Assembly: GCA_030265395.1 (NCBI GenBank)
Contig: JARFYF010000094.1
Location: forward strand, 70,486,981 to 70,550,980
From: Rhina ancylostomus
Lineage: Eukaryota
Direction of reading: 5' to 3'
DNA length: 64,000 nucleotides
The translations under genes and the position numbers were made by a program. Below are positions 1 to 13,287 of this stretch, in pieces. The notes under the pieces were generated by a model. The model worked only from the letters and a program-made list of their open reading frames with translations, was not told the DNA's origin and did not search any database. Within the stretch, counting starts at the first letter, position 1, and each line of letters starts with the position of its first letter.

Positions 1-69
1 ATCCTGACTCCAGTCCCGTACCAGTGTGCTGCATTTGGGTTCTCTGTGAGCTTGCTCTTTGCTCAACAT

Positions 70-870
70 TGTGACAACCTGATGACCTAGAACCTAAGGT
101 TTTGAAGGAAGTAATTATGGGAATGATGGTTACACTGAATATCATGTTCCAAAATTCCATGGATCCTAGAACAATTCCTGCAGCTAATATAAGCTAATTA
201 GCTAATATAACTTCACTATTTAAGAAGGAATGGCAAGAGAAAAGAGAGAACTATAAATCAGTTTGCCTGACACCAGTAGTAGCAAAATATTGAGATCAAT
301 TTTAAGAAAGCAGCAATAGAGAACTTAAAAAATAATAACAGGGTCTGAATATAAGTAAATTATAAAGAGCCCTGGCAAGAAAGCACGTGGAGTACTGTGC
401 ACAGGTCTAGTTTCCCAATATAAGGAAAGATCATCAGATTGATTCCTAAGATAGTGCTTTGTTGTGTGAGAACAAATTAGGCAGATTAGTTCTTTACTCT
501 CATAAATTTAAATGAAGGCAATGTGATATCATTAAATGAGTGAAATTCTTATAGGATTGATAGTCAGATATAGGATGATATTTCACCTGTAGGTTTGTCC
601 AGCACCAAGAGCCAGTATCAAAATAAGGGGATGGCCATTCTGGACTGAGATAACAAGAAATATCCTTGTGTAGAGGGTGGTGACTCTTTGAATATCACCA
701 CCCAAGAGGGCTATAGAGGCTCAGACACTCTCTGACTTTTTAAAGAAAAAGATTGGTAGACTTTTAAATATTAATAGATGTTGGAAAGTGATGCTGTGCT
801 GAAAGATCAGCCATAATCTTATGAAATGGCAGAGAAGGCATAAAGGCTTTCCCATTTCTTACATTCTCAT
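70..870 (+). mobile_element. Degenerate CR1 LINE relic (RT N-terminal piece joined to the 3' end)
   Basis: Traces of PRVLKEV...IFQNS...ANITSLFKK...NYKSVCLT at ~80-300, then C-terminal motifs (gagtactgtgcacag) and a CR1-type tail 'gatcagccataatcttatgaaatggcag...tttcttacattctcatg'. Confidence 0.85.
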
Positions 871-3679
871 GATCTCAGTACATTTCAAAGATGTTTGCAG
901 GCCATGGTTTGTGAAGGAAATCCAGTAGCCGATCTACACAGAGCAATGGATGCTTAATTCTAATGCCTAAATGTAAAATTTGGCAAATTAATTACTAGCG
1001 CTGCCTTTATTTAAAATGCACACAGAGGTATGTAATTGATTTCAATTGGTTGGTGTGATCATTGTTAAACAATAATTTTCAGGCTGCTTATAAATAGATT
1101 CTTTGTGTAGTTGAACACTTCTGTAAAACCAGACGAGTTCACATTCCACTCATGGAGGATATCTTTAGTATCATTGAATGAATATAAATGCAATAATTAG
1201 CTTCAGAATATTATGAAATTTAATTGTTCTGCCTAATTCACTAATTGTACAATCGGTGGTAATGTGGAACATAAGGAATACCGTTGTTTAAATTATTTAT
1301 ACATTTTACCTGGAAGCAACTAGTCCAGTAATGACCATGAGATTATGAAGTCACAAAGCTGAATATTTTCAATATAATGTGCATGGAAATTTAAAACAAT
1401 GAAGTACAATTTATATTCATGAATTTCAATATGGCAGTTGAATTCCATGATGCTACAGATTTCCGGAAATTACTGTTATGAGCAGTTACAATGACTGAAG
1501 TTCCTGAGGGGTTTATTTTTGTTTCTTGAAATTTGAGAAATTACGTAAAATTCATGGAAAAGGTGTTCATGATTTGCAAATATGCATAAGTTACCTGCTG
1601 CTTAGCACCACATGATCATTAATTCTGCAGATATAGCATTTCATGCTTAACCTCCTTGTGATTTTCATGAAGAGGTGACATTCACAATTTAATTGCCCAT
1701 TAAACTGCAACAAAGTTGAGTACAATAACTAAAAGCATAAGTATTTGTAATGAATCATTTAAAAAAATTGTAATCAACCTTTTGCCGGAGAAGTGAGCAA
1801 TTAAAAGGGTTCACTCTTAATACTTTAAAATGAAAATTGTTCAAAAGGACTCTTTTCCAAATTAAACTCTACATTTTTGGAAAGAGTCCTTAATTTTCCT
1901 TTGTCCTTAAATCTAATAACTTCCCCCACCCCTTAACTTTTTCTCTACACTTGCTTAGACATTAAATTCACCCAGTCTGATTTACCCACATTGTCAGTCA
2001 GTCTAATGTTTATTTTTAGTCATTAAATCTCATTGGTTATGGAGATAAATATTGTCCCAGATGCCATGTCTCCCCCAGTGTTATCATTAGCTCATACTTT
2101 AAGTAACTTCATGGGCACAAAAATGTAAAACCTTTTATTGTGCACAAGCAAGGCTAACTGCCATGGTATGCTGTGAGATGGCCTATGATGTTTAATCATT
2201 CCTAACTAATTCTCTGTTTTCCATGAGCAATTCTGTTAGTTTCTAATTGAATTCAGATGCCAACTTTTGGATATTGTGAGTAATGAGCGGTGCATAATCA
2301 GTCAAAATATTTCTCTTTTGAATCTGTTTCCCATGATTAGTCATTGAATACTCTTGTCTTCAGCTTTCCCTCCCTAAATTCTAGACTGGTCTCAGTAACT
2401 GGGAATGGATTCCAAATGCATTAAGCTAGATTGGTTATGTTCACAGAGCTGTCAGAAAGGCCAATCCCAGATGAAGGAGGGCAAAGGATATAGACAGCCA
2501 ATTACTTCAGAGTTTACATTGGAAAGACCTGGAGTATGGAATAGATTAAAATCCCACATTAATCACTGCTTCATAGATAAAACCTACATAGTTAATTACA
2601 GCCACATTCTCTGCATTGACAGCACAGTATTTCTAATAAGATGAATAAATTGTTATTTTTACCATTCCACTCTATTAGTCAGAAAGCACTAGTAACTCCT
2701 TTTTTTTAAAAAAAGGGCTATCAAGGTTCTTCCATGATATTTTTTCTCTTGCAGTGTAGTCTTATTCTACATAGTGTGATGAACACTGTCAAATCATGGC
2801 TTGTTTCTAATCCTTGCTCCCCATGTGGTGCTTGTACTGACAGTGTTTGATAATGTAAGTTTTGATCAAGTACCTTTGATAACTTGCACCGCACAGAAAG
2901 TTCCTAGAGAAAGATATCACAACTGAAATGTGCATTTAATCTTCATTCTTTCAGTTTCATAAGCCAGACTGCTGTTTGCTGGCCAGCATTTTGTAGGGAT
3001 TTGTCAGCTAAATGAAGTGTGCAGGGACATTGCTAAATCCATGGCAGGGCCCAATGGTGCTGAAGTTTGGGGTCAGATGTACTGCATATCTAACCCTGTG
3101 GCTTTAATCTAGTCATATCCACCTGATCCAGTATGGCCCCATTCATTTGCATTGGGCTGATCATCTGATTGAACTACTGTTCATATAAGTGATTTGATTT
3201 TTTTCCTTTCCAATTTTAATGTTTTTAAGTAAATGTGTTATGTTTATTCCCTTTTATTTAAATTAATTGTTTAAATGGAAGATTATCAGTAAAGATTAGA
3301 AACAGTTAAAAGCACCTTTGACAGCACAAGCCATCAGGGTACTCTGGAGAAAAAGCTGCAGAATCTACCACCTGAAACCTAACCTCCCCTTTTAGTCCTT
3401 TCTGCTTTGTGGGATATCCTTGCCCTGGGGTTTGACTTCACTCCTGAGAACACAAAGGGTTAATTTGAAAATGACGACTGTGCAGGGGTGGACCCTGGGT
3501 GGAGCATAATCCAGCATGGTATCATTTGGCAGTAAGCAGTTTTCTTTTTACTAACTACATCTTACATCTTTGTCAAACATATTCACTCTGGATTCTCCAC
3601 TGAAGCTGATTACATTTATTCATGGAGTAATTACAGTAAACTGCATAAAAGAAGCTGAACTAATAATAAACTATTACAT

Positions 3680-3832
3680 AAAACATACAACAGGCCCTTT
3701 AGCCCCCAGTGTCTGTGCTAACAGTCATGCCAATTTAAACTCATCCCATCTGTCTGCACGAGGTCCATATCCCTCTATTCCATGCCTCTTCATGTGTCTG
3801 TCTGAATGAATCTTAAATATTGCCACTGTATC
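3680..3832 (-). mobile_element. CR1 LINE 3' end fragment
   Basis: 'acaggccctttagccc...ccatatccctctattccatgcctcttcatgtgtctgtctgaatg..tcttaaat' is the reverse complement of the elasmobranch CR1 3' end. Confidence 0.8.
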
Positions 3833-4089
3833 GTTGTTATTATATTCTTCAGTATCATATATTGAACTGGCTATCAACAGAACTTAGAAAACATCCGAAA
3901 GCTGTTTTAAAAAAATTAAACATTATTGTTTTAATGTTAACGTGTTTAAAACACTTAAAAATACAAGCGCAAAAAAGAACAGCTAACCTTTCAAATTAAT
4001 TCAATTGAAGAATGAATGAAAATTACTTGTAATTTGCCTCACTTCCTGGAGGAGCCCAAAGTTGTTGCTCAGGACACTGCACTGAGTCC

Positions 4090-4812
4090 AGATGTAGACC
4101 AAGAGGTCAGATGTGCTATGTTCTGGCTTCGGCTTTGCAATGTGCTGAAGAGCTGACCTGTGGAAAGGATCCTCTGGTGGATTTCTTCTGAACTGCCAGT
4201 GAAAGATTTGTCTGTTGGACTGATCAGTTGGACAAATAATATCCAGAGAAGCATGAAACAAGTATTTAGAAAGGGTAAAAACGACATGGGAATACACTGA
4301 AAATGGTAGAGAAGGCATACAGAATATTTTATTCTGTTAGGTGAGACATAGTATATGAGATGTCATATTGGAACTGCATAGGCCTCTGTGCAGTTCTGGT
4401 CACCAGATTATAGGAAAGATGTGATTGCACCATATATTGATGCATTTGTTGCCTGGGTCAGAGAGGTTTAATTAAGAAAGAATATCGGCTAGACTTGTAT
4501 TGCTGTATAGGGAGGAAAAAGATTATTGTGGAATTTGAACTGAAATATGTAAAGCTGAAGTCTAGACTAGTGAACAAGAGAGGTTAATACCTTGATGGTA
4601 TAGATTTCAAATAACCAGTAGTAGGGTTAGAGAGGTATGGAGGATATGTGATTTTTGCCCAGAGTGGTAGGAATGTGGAATTCTTAGTTGGAAGACCTGT
4701 GAAACTATTGACCAAGGCTGGAAAATTTGATTATTGAGAATAGGTTTGTTTCAACTGGAATGGACATGTAGACTAAATGACCTCCCATATCATAAATTTC
4801 TGGAATTCTATG
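4090..4812 (+). mobile_element. Degenerate CR1 LINE 3' half
   Basis: 'tgtgcagttctggtcaccagattataggaaagatgtgattgcac' (CVQFWSPxYRKDV), 'cccagagtggtaggaatgtggaattc' and a tail ending 'ttctatgatt'. Confidence 0.8.
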
Positions 4813-5164
4813 ATTTAAAAAAATAGTTAAGTAAAAATGATTGTTTTGTTTTTACTCACTATCTGAAAATAATATTTTTATTTTTAAATGAACTTTTAAG
4901 ATTATGCTGTCATTTTTCTTCAGAGATAATCAATTTGGTGTCATTTTTAAAAATGATAGCTCTGTTGCTGGAATTTTGAAAGGTATTTTAAAACTGCATG
5001 TCCCACAAGAGAGCTGCCCCTAAAGTAATTCACTGTGATTGATTGCCTTGGAATGGTGGCATAATTGTTGTATCAGCAAATATATCAACAAATTATGAAT
5101 CAAGCTGTTCTATAAACAGCAAATTAGAAATAACAACTGTGTTGTCTAAATTCACAGTATTTGG

Positions 5165-5435
5165 CTGGGATTGCATGTAAACTCAGTAATCTCTACCCCT
5201 AGTGTGGGTTTCCTCCCAAATTCAAAATTATTGATGGGTTAATTGTCTACCATAAATTGCTTTCTAATGAAGGTTAATGAAAAAGAATTGTAAGGGAATC
5301 GATTGGCATGTGAGAGAGAATAAATTGCAGGACTACAGGGAAATAAGCAGGGGGGAGGGGGAATGGGAGTGATGGGATTCCTCTGCACAGAGCCAGCATG
5401 GACCTAATAACCAAATGGCCCCTTTTGGTATCATT
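5165..5435 (+). mobile_element. Older V-SINE (HE1-like) with CR1-type tail, 5'-degraded
   Basis: 'gtgtgggtttcctccc...gggttaattgtctaccataaattgc...gagagagaataaattgcag...agccagcatggacc..ccaaatggcc'; aligns by eye with the copy at 55700-56067. Confidence 0.75.
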
Positions 5436-8189
5436 AGCAAGTAAGTCATTACTTCCCTTGGAAAACAATCTTGATGGGAAGTGAGGGCATCTATTTAGTT
5501 TTGCATACATATGACTGGATTTTGCACAATGTGGCTTGCCTTTTGTGTTTCAGGAAAGAGCTATCTGAAACAATAGCCTATAACTTTGGTGTGCAGCACT
5601 CTTATCTTGAGTCCTGACTTGACTACTAAATTCAGCATCTGGTGGATTGGAAGCGCATGAGGATTTCCTGCTGGAAGTGCTTCACACATCATAGTAATGA
5701 AGGAAAAATAATTGTGTTGTCCAGGCGCTAGGTGGAAACAGCCATTATGCATGTTCACTAGCAAATTAGGGGCCAAGCACAAGTATGAGGCTGCCACATC
5801 AAGAGTGGCTCGTGCTGGGACAACTGATGGAAGGAAATGCTGAACCTAGCAATACCAGGTTTGGGGACTGCCGGGAAGTGCGCAAAATATACTTAGCTGA
5901 ATGTGGGACTCAGAGAATCTGTGCTCCACCTGGTTAATATGTTCTCCTCCTGCCTATTAAGAATGAACACTCCCACCAAAAGTAATCCTTCCACTTCCAA
6001 AAGGTGCCATTGGCTTTACGTGGCCATGTCAATGAAAGGGGCTCATAAAAACTCCATACAGGGGAAATTCCATTTAAAAACAAATGAGTCTATCTTCTAA
6101 TTACCCAAGAATTTGCAAATAGTGGCATACAAGTAGATAATATATCAATTTAGATGAGATCATGAACAACCTGAAACATGACACCAAGGTTCAAAACTCC
6201 TTTGAACAAAGTTCAAAACTCTTCTGCACAGGTGTGGGGGAAAGCACAAGAGCTCCTACAATTGTCAGCAGATTATAATAAAAGTTAGTGTATTCACACT
6301 TTTCAGTAACTTGGAGACCATTTACACATTACTATTAATGCAGAAATGTTTCATCTGTAAAAGAATTTGTTTGAAATAAATGATTTACAATGTATCTAAA
6401 GTTGGATATTAATTTAGTTACCTGTAGGTTATCATTTTTCCTTCATTTTGCAATACGTATTGACCTAGATTACTAAAAATGCTATTCTTATTAGTCCGGA
6501 AACCTTAATTCATGTAATATTTTGTACCTTCATTATCTTCACACAGGCAATCTATATTGCAGATCTTTTGACATTTCCTGACCAGTTGGGATCTTGGTTT
6601 GTGTAAGCCACAGTAACTTTTCTTCCATTAATATTATGAACAGAATTAAAAACTTGGCTCTACTTTTGCCTGATATGGAAATTAAAATTTTAAAATGTGC
6701 TTCATTATCTTCAGCTCAACATTTTATTGTATTGGAATTTTTATTTTTTGAAGTAATTTTTCAACGTTGCTATTTTTTTCAAAATTATCAGCTTCTTTCT
6801 CCATTCTGTATCCTCCCTTTTGGATATGGGAGCACATGGAGTGTGTAAAGCTATTAAGTGCATTGTGTCCACATCTCATTGCAACATGTCTGTGCCAAAA
6901 GATTCTCCTGACTTTACTTAATCCCCTGCTGAAGGAGAATAACCACAGGGAAAGCTTCCAAGAAGAGAGAGCTGAAATTTCATCTTTGTCCTCGAAGTTA
7001 TTGAGTCAAAGTTCCAGGATTGCAATCCAGGAATAGAATCTGCTTTGCTGATCTCCTTCACATGCATTCCAAAAATTTGCCAGCCCCACTGCATGAACTA
7101 TTTGATCATTTATGTTTGAAAGCTGTAATTCCATCCTAAATCAGCTCTTTTCTTAGTTGCTAAAGCAAAAAATGTATCGTTATAACCTACTCCAAGTAGT
7201 TATTGCCCTGAAGAAGAAAAACAATTCTCTTTCTGTTTGTGAGTTGCCAGATTTATACTTATATCCCTTTAAACTTTAATAATGTTTCATTATTAATGCT
7301 AATATTCTGCACCAATTCTGCTTTTCAGTATTTAAATATCTAAATCATGTGTGTCTGCCAGTCTCAATTTTTTCTAATGAAAATAAATTCAGTTTGGTGA
7401 ATTTGTCATTTTACAATTTAATAACTTGATATCGTCATGGAATTCTCAGTTTTTATTGACTAATTGGCAGTGAACCTGCCTCTTTTTGAAACTGCATTGA
7501 AGTCTGACTAAGAAAACTGAAGGTAACAAGTGGTCAGCAACCAGATCTTTCAAGTCCACTGAACCTCTTTGTATGATGTGGATAAAGTTACTTGTCAAAT
7601 TGACTGTTCTGAGACATCATTGGTTGAACCCATTGGTGCAAGTATTTAGGCAGTTTATACATATCACTGAAAATCAGAAGAGATGGGTAAATGATTATTC
7701 TGAGCACCGGGCACCTGGCCAGCAACCACTCAGTCTTTAAACCATTCAACCAGCCAGGCAGTTGTGATTGCATCAAGAATGAAGCAGGTGTGGGCATTGC
7801 AAACTTTCAAAGTGAGCCTTTATGGTGGTTCACCTGCCCATTCACCCTGCATTATCTGAGATTCAGTTTGCAATGTATCATTTCATCTGCATTTGTCAAA
7901 AGGAGGGCAATCATTGTTCACCATTCATCACTTGACATATCTCATACTTGTGTTTCTCCTATAGTCAGTATCTACATGTCTAAAAGCCAAGGTCTATTCA
8001 CTACAATTTTACAATAAGTATGGACTTTGGTGTCTTTTAACAGACCATTTTACAGTCACACACTTTTTCTCTTTTCTCTTTTTGGTGTCTGTCAGGCACA
8101 TTGTATTTGAGATTTTCTTTATCTGTCTGAAAAGGGGAATTCAGATTTCATGGTTGAAATTATTTGCGGTGCCACTGCTTCTTCTGAGA

Positions 8190-8470
8190 GCAGCTTTCAG
8201 GATTGAAGATGACTAACTTCTATTCCAGTTCTATGGGTTCTGAGGTGTCTAAAGAGTCCCATGCAGGATTTACAGAGTCTTGCATTGGTGGAGTAGATAT
8301 GATTGACAGGCTGGTAGTTTGGGTGTTCTGCAGTCAGTCTCCTGTTGGAGCTTGGTCTTTGAATCAGAATCAGTCTATTGTCACTTCCATATATACTTAC
8401 AGTATGCATGGGAGCGAAATACTGTACTCCACAGATCAAGGTGCTGTTCACACTAAAGACAATTAGAGAC
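8190..8470 (-). mobile_element. RTE-clade LINE 3' end fragment
   Basis: ORF 8197..8472(-) ends CKSCMGLFRHLRTHR, a remnant of the RTE C-terminal Cys/His knuckle; similar to 43020-43385. Confidence 0.7.
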
Positions 8471-8668
8471 ACAAAGACAGAAAGACATTAACGACGTTGG
8501 ACCTGCATTAAAAGAGGCTCGAATAGAAAAAACAACAGCTTAAAATGAACATACTGATGCCACGGTCTNNNNNNNNNNNNNNNNNNNNNNNNNNNNNNNN
8601 NNNNNNNNNNNNNNNNNNNNNNNNNNNNNNNNNNNNNNNNNNNNNNNNNNNNNNNNNNNNNNNNNNNN

Positions 8669-8880
8669 CCATTTATGGTCAGGGGGGTGTGCACTCGGCG
8701 ACCCTTCCTGAAGTCCACTATCATCTCCTTAGTCGTCTCCACATTCAGGGAGAGGTTGTTGTTGCTGCACCACAAGGCCAGTTGCTTCACCTCCTCGCTG
8801 TAGTGTGTTTCATCATTGTTCGTGTCGTCGGCGAATTTAACAATGTGATTGGAGCTGGATCTGGCCTCGCAGGCGTGAGT
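8669..8880 (-). mobile_element. Rex1/Babar LINE reverse-transcriptase fragment
   Basis: ORF 8488..8946(-): HIVKFADDT..NNDETHYSEEVKQLALWCSNNNLSLNVETTKEMIVDFRK, with the RT FADD motif and Rex-type downstream motifs; abuts an N gap. Confidence 0.9.
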
Positions 8881-8979
8881 CAGCAAGGTGCAAGGTTGCA
8901 TGCTCCCATCACAGAGGCTTGAGGTTTCCAGATGCTGCTGCTTCATTATAAGCAGGCATTGGCCAATTCGGACACAAAC

Positions 8980-9048
8980 AAATCTAATGTAAGGTCATCA
9001 ACCTGCTACATTAATTTGGTGTTTCCTCTCCACAAATGCTATCTGCAC
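8980..9048 (+). mobile_element. Penelope-derived terminal-repeat arm, degenerate
   Basis: 'ctaatgtaaggtcatcaacctgctacattaat...cctctccacaaatgctatctg' resembles the right arms at 14500-14600 and 11330-11390. Confidence 0.55.
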
Positions 9049-9049
9049 C

Positions 9050-9310
9050 TCGTCCAAGGAAATCATCGACTTCCATAAACAAAAAAGACTAAAACTAACC
9101 TCAGTGTTCTAGGTGTAGCCTTACCAAAGTTCTATATGGCTATATCAAAACCATTGCTTTTACATCAGTCTAGGCCAACATTCCAATTGCTTTCCAAGAT
9201 ATTTGATCCCACTAGTGTTTCTTGCATGATGCCAACAAAATTTCTTTGACCACCACCCTTCATTAGTCCTGCAATACTTAAGTAACCTCTTTTTCTATTC
9301 TTCCTACCAG
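9050..9310 (-). mobile_element. Degenerate CR1 fragment
   Basis: 'gtgttctaggtgtagccttaccaaagttctata...ggccaacattccaattgctttcc' is the reverse complement of a CR1 ORF2 C-terminal region. Confidence 0.6.
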
Positions 9311-11239
9311 ATCTGAGAGGCAAAATATTGTGTCCAAGAAATTTGATTGTGTAGAACAGTTTATTTCAAAGCTATATTTTAAAAATGCACTTTGGGTGGA
9401 GTGAAACAAGAAAGAAAGCTTGGAGGTGAGGTGCAGAGAAGGAAGAGATTCCTTGGAGCATGAGGGTTAAAAATTATGTTTGGGGTAATGTGAGCCAATC
9501 TTTCCAACCAACGCTTCAAAGGACGTGCACATCTAAGCGATGACCCTTGGCTCTTCAAACTATCTGTTCGAATATTCAGAGTGCCTCATTGACCAAGAAA
9601 TGGTTGTTATCATGTTTCACTCTGTCCTCTATGCATTTTTTAATTCCNNNNNNNNNNNNNNNNNNNNNNNNNNNNNNNNNNNNNNNNNNNNNNNNNNNNN
9701 NNNNNNNNNNNNNNNNNNNNNNNNNNNNNNNNNNNNNNNNNNNNNNNCTTTGCACTGTATAATTGAATTTCTAGGCCATCATGTTATGCTTCTACTACAA
9801 GGACTTCTATCTTCCATTCCATCTATCAGTGATTCACCTGCTTCATTCTGAAGATTGCAGCTCTTTAGTTTGTGCAGTCACTCGCAGTAGTCCAAAATGG
9901 GTTCTGTCAGAAATGCAAAGCTGTGTTCAGTGAACAGCACAACTCGGTTATAGGCAGAAAATCCATTCTGACCAATGCTGTTTTTATGTCCTTTGCATTC
10001 TATGATCTAGAAAATATGCTTCAAACTTATAAGAACTCTGTGTAGTAAATCACATCCAAATGCCATTTCTAAAAATAGTTTTTTCTTCTCGTTTATTGTA
10101 TGCACCAGAAGACATCACAATCATGTTTTTAATTCTAATTTCATACCATAGAGACAAAGCTCATTGTACTTTTGTCTGTAAAAACAAGGTAATCATATAA
10201 CATTGGTAATAGAATACTGATTCTTAAATATGTAACTTTACTCTTCAGATGTAGAATAATCTTTAAAATAAAGATCTGAAGTTCGAGAAAACTTAGTTTA
10301 TGTAAGATGACCAGACAGAAGTATAGCTTTGGTTTTCATTTCCTTCGTCCATATGTGATATTTTGACCAAATTGCTGCTTGGTATGCTCAAGCATAACTA
10401 TACAAAGCCAACGTTGGAATGGAGAAAGTTTAATTAAAATCCCAGGGATATGAATTACAATTCTGTTCTATACTAACCATTTGCTATGTCCTTTCTAATT
10501 GTTTTTACCATCGACAGTTTGATTGATCTGGATTAACATAAATACGTATGGGGGGAAAATGGCAAAGTATAAATTGGCTGCATCTGTTTGACTGAAACAT
10601 TAACAATTGTCAGGATGTCATGCTTGTTAGTGTGGTTCTTAATTTTCATTGGTGACTGAGTTATTCAATTCTCTGCATGTAAAGGCCATTCTGCTGAAAG
10701 CATTCCATAAAATATTACTAGCAAATAATTTTTCTGGTGATGTCTCCTATGGAACGTAACTTTGAGTTATTTTGCTGGTAATAGGTTGAAGAAAGAAGTT
10801 TAAAAATATAGGGAATATATTAATCAGAACCATATAGCTTATCTGCTAAATGTTGTACTGTTGAAAATATAGCCTGATGCATAGATTTAAGATACATTAG
10901 GATCCACTGTAAATTGCATAATAGTAGTTTAATTCATGCTTGTTATACTTCCAGAAGCACAGTCCAAATTGTGGCACCATGCCAAGGTGGATATCCCTCA
11001 TATGAGCCTAATAATGAAAGCTGAAGAGGCGCTGTGCAATGTGAATGATTTAAACTGAGTTGGGTTCTGCACCAATCTAATGCTAACAAATGTCAATTTT
11101 AAGACCATCACAATGTTTTACTTTGGTTTTACATCATTTTCCTTACATTGTCCTGGGATGCAGGCTAACCATGAAACAAAATTTGGACAGGACGTGAATG
11201 TTGATATTTTCATCCAGGGTAACTCTGAAACATGTAAGG

Positions 11240-11437
11240 AATAAAATGAGAAAATGCTGGAAACATTCCACAGATCAGGTAGCATCTGTGGAATGAGAAA
11301 GTTTGTCAGATAGTCAGTTCATCAGCTGTGAAACATTAACTGCTTCTCTTTCTGCAGATGCTGCCTGACCTGCTGATGCTTCCAGCATTTTCTGCTTTCA
11401 ACTTCAGATTTCTGGCAGCTGCAGTATTTTTGATTTA
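11240..11437. mobile_element. Penelope-derived inverted-repeat element
   Basis: Arms 'aaaatgctggaa..cagatcaggtagcatctg' and 'cagatgctgcctgacctg...ttccagcatttt' are near reverse complements; the centre is partly deleted. Confidence 0.8.
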
Positions 11438-13287
11438 TCAAAATTATAAAGGAGTTTATAAAGTTTTTATTAGGGCGCCTTACAACTTTGATGTGCTATT
11501 AGACAAACTATAATGAAGCACCAAAAAGCTATAAATACATAAGGATTTTGTTCTAGCTAAAGTCAAACTGATCCTGCAGTTAGATATATCAATATTTGAA
11601 AAGTCACGGTGATCGATAAGTTGTGACCAATCAGTAATATCAAAGATGGCAGGAGTCATTATCAAACAGTATGTGTAAAAATATACTTTGAAAACCTTCC
11701 AAAGAAATTGTTATTGTGCTCTCAACTTTGATTATGCTTAATTGTCCCATCCACTTTTTGATTACAAAGTTTATAGGTTGAAAAGGAAACATAATGACTT
11801 TTAAGTTCTCTCTGCATTGTATTGTTTTAAAGGAATTCAGTGTTTTAATGTTAGCCAGTGTCATTTGTGGCTGAAAGCTTAAGGCAGAGCAAGCTTCAAA
11901 ATGGGGAGAGCATGGAATTTAAAACTTCTGTGGATTTCATGAATCTGACAAATGAGAGATTATGTAACATGATCAGTAGTTGTATAGTGCCACAGCTTAT
12001 GTCATAGTTTTTCCCCACACAAAGGTGCTGTTGCAAAAGCACCACTGATGAGTTAATTTCCGAGATATGCATCACCCATTTGAAAGTACATACAGTTAGA
12101 CTCCAGGCCAGCAGGTAAATAGAGTTCAGTGCAATGTCAAACCAGTTCCATGTTTTGAATATGCCCTGGATGCATGCCAGAATTCAATTTCATGTCTCAA
12201 ATTTTAGTTTACCCACTTACTTTTGGATTCCAGTATTCCACCATTTTGTTACTCTCAGATTTCTGAAATATTGCTGGTTTTTTGGAGGAATGAGAAATTG
12301 AATATAATTTTGGTCCAAGGTTAAAAGCTGCTTTGATAGGTTATATGGAGCTAAGCAAGTTACTGACTCAAATTCACTGTAAACTCCTGCATGTCAAACT
12401 TTATTCGAAACAGATTTGTAAAGTAATTATTTTTTTCAATAATGTCTTTGCTTCAACTATAGAAGCTCAGAATAGATTGTTTTCAAAATGTAGCAGAACA
12501 GTATCATGTTCTTTTTGCATTTTATGTTTACATACCACATATAAATTGGATCTCATGTTCAAGCTCACTTAAAATAGTTAAGTCAAATTAAAGTACATTT
12601 ACATCTGTTTACAGAAGCCATCATTTTCAATCATGAATCTTAGAAAAGCCTGATTATTCATGCAATGATTTATACTTCAATTTTGTTCTGGCATCTGAAT
12701 TTTGCATTCTGAGCCAAATGTTTAAATCCATAGGTTTTGCCATTTGCCAAGAAGCAACTACTGTAGTTGAAGAGAATGCAGGCAGAATCTCGCAGAGGTT
12801 AATGATTTATCACACAGTCTGTTCCATCCTGTAAAACACCATTCTTGTGACTAGATTTCGATATCTGCTACCCAGAAATTCCAGTGCACCATAAGGATAT
12901 TGAAAGTGTGCTGAATTATTAGGAGTGTTGAAATTGCAAAGTAAAAGATGAAGCCAGAAGTTCTCCTTGAATTGCAACTGACAATTCCCCCACAACTGAT
13001 GGCACCAAAAACAGAATTATTGATTGTTAATTTCCTTACTACTGTGGGACATTTTTGGAAAGAGTGGTCAGTCCAATGCAAAAAATAATTTATTGCTTGT
13101 GAAATATTTTGAAGCATGTAATAAGTTAATCTGTCAACGCAATTTCTTTTGTTTCAACTTCATTTAGAATGTCACATTGATTAATATNNNNNNNNNNNNN
13201 NNNNNNNNNNNNNNNNNNNNNNNNNNNNNNNNNNNNNNNNNNNNNNNNNNNNNNNNNNNNNNNNNNNNNNNNNNNNNNNNNNNNNNN

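Noticed and set aside
2776-2840. C/D-box snoRNA (GTGATGA...CTGA) or miR-200/141-like AACACTGTC
   Set aside because: The inverted repeat overlaps the boxes rather than flanking them, I recognise no rRNA guide, and the miRNA similarity is only ~9 nt without a pre-miRNA-length stem.
6547-6602. 56-nt exon candidate (AIYIADLLTFPDQLGSWF)
   Set aside because: Weak donor (TGT|GTAAGC) and an unrecognised peptide; expected by chance in 64 kb.
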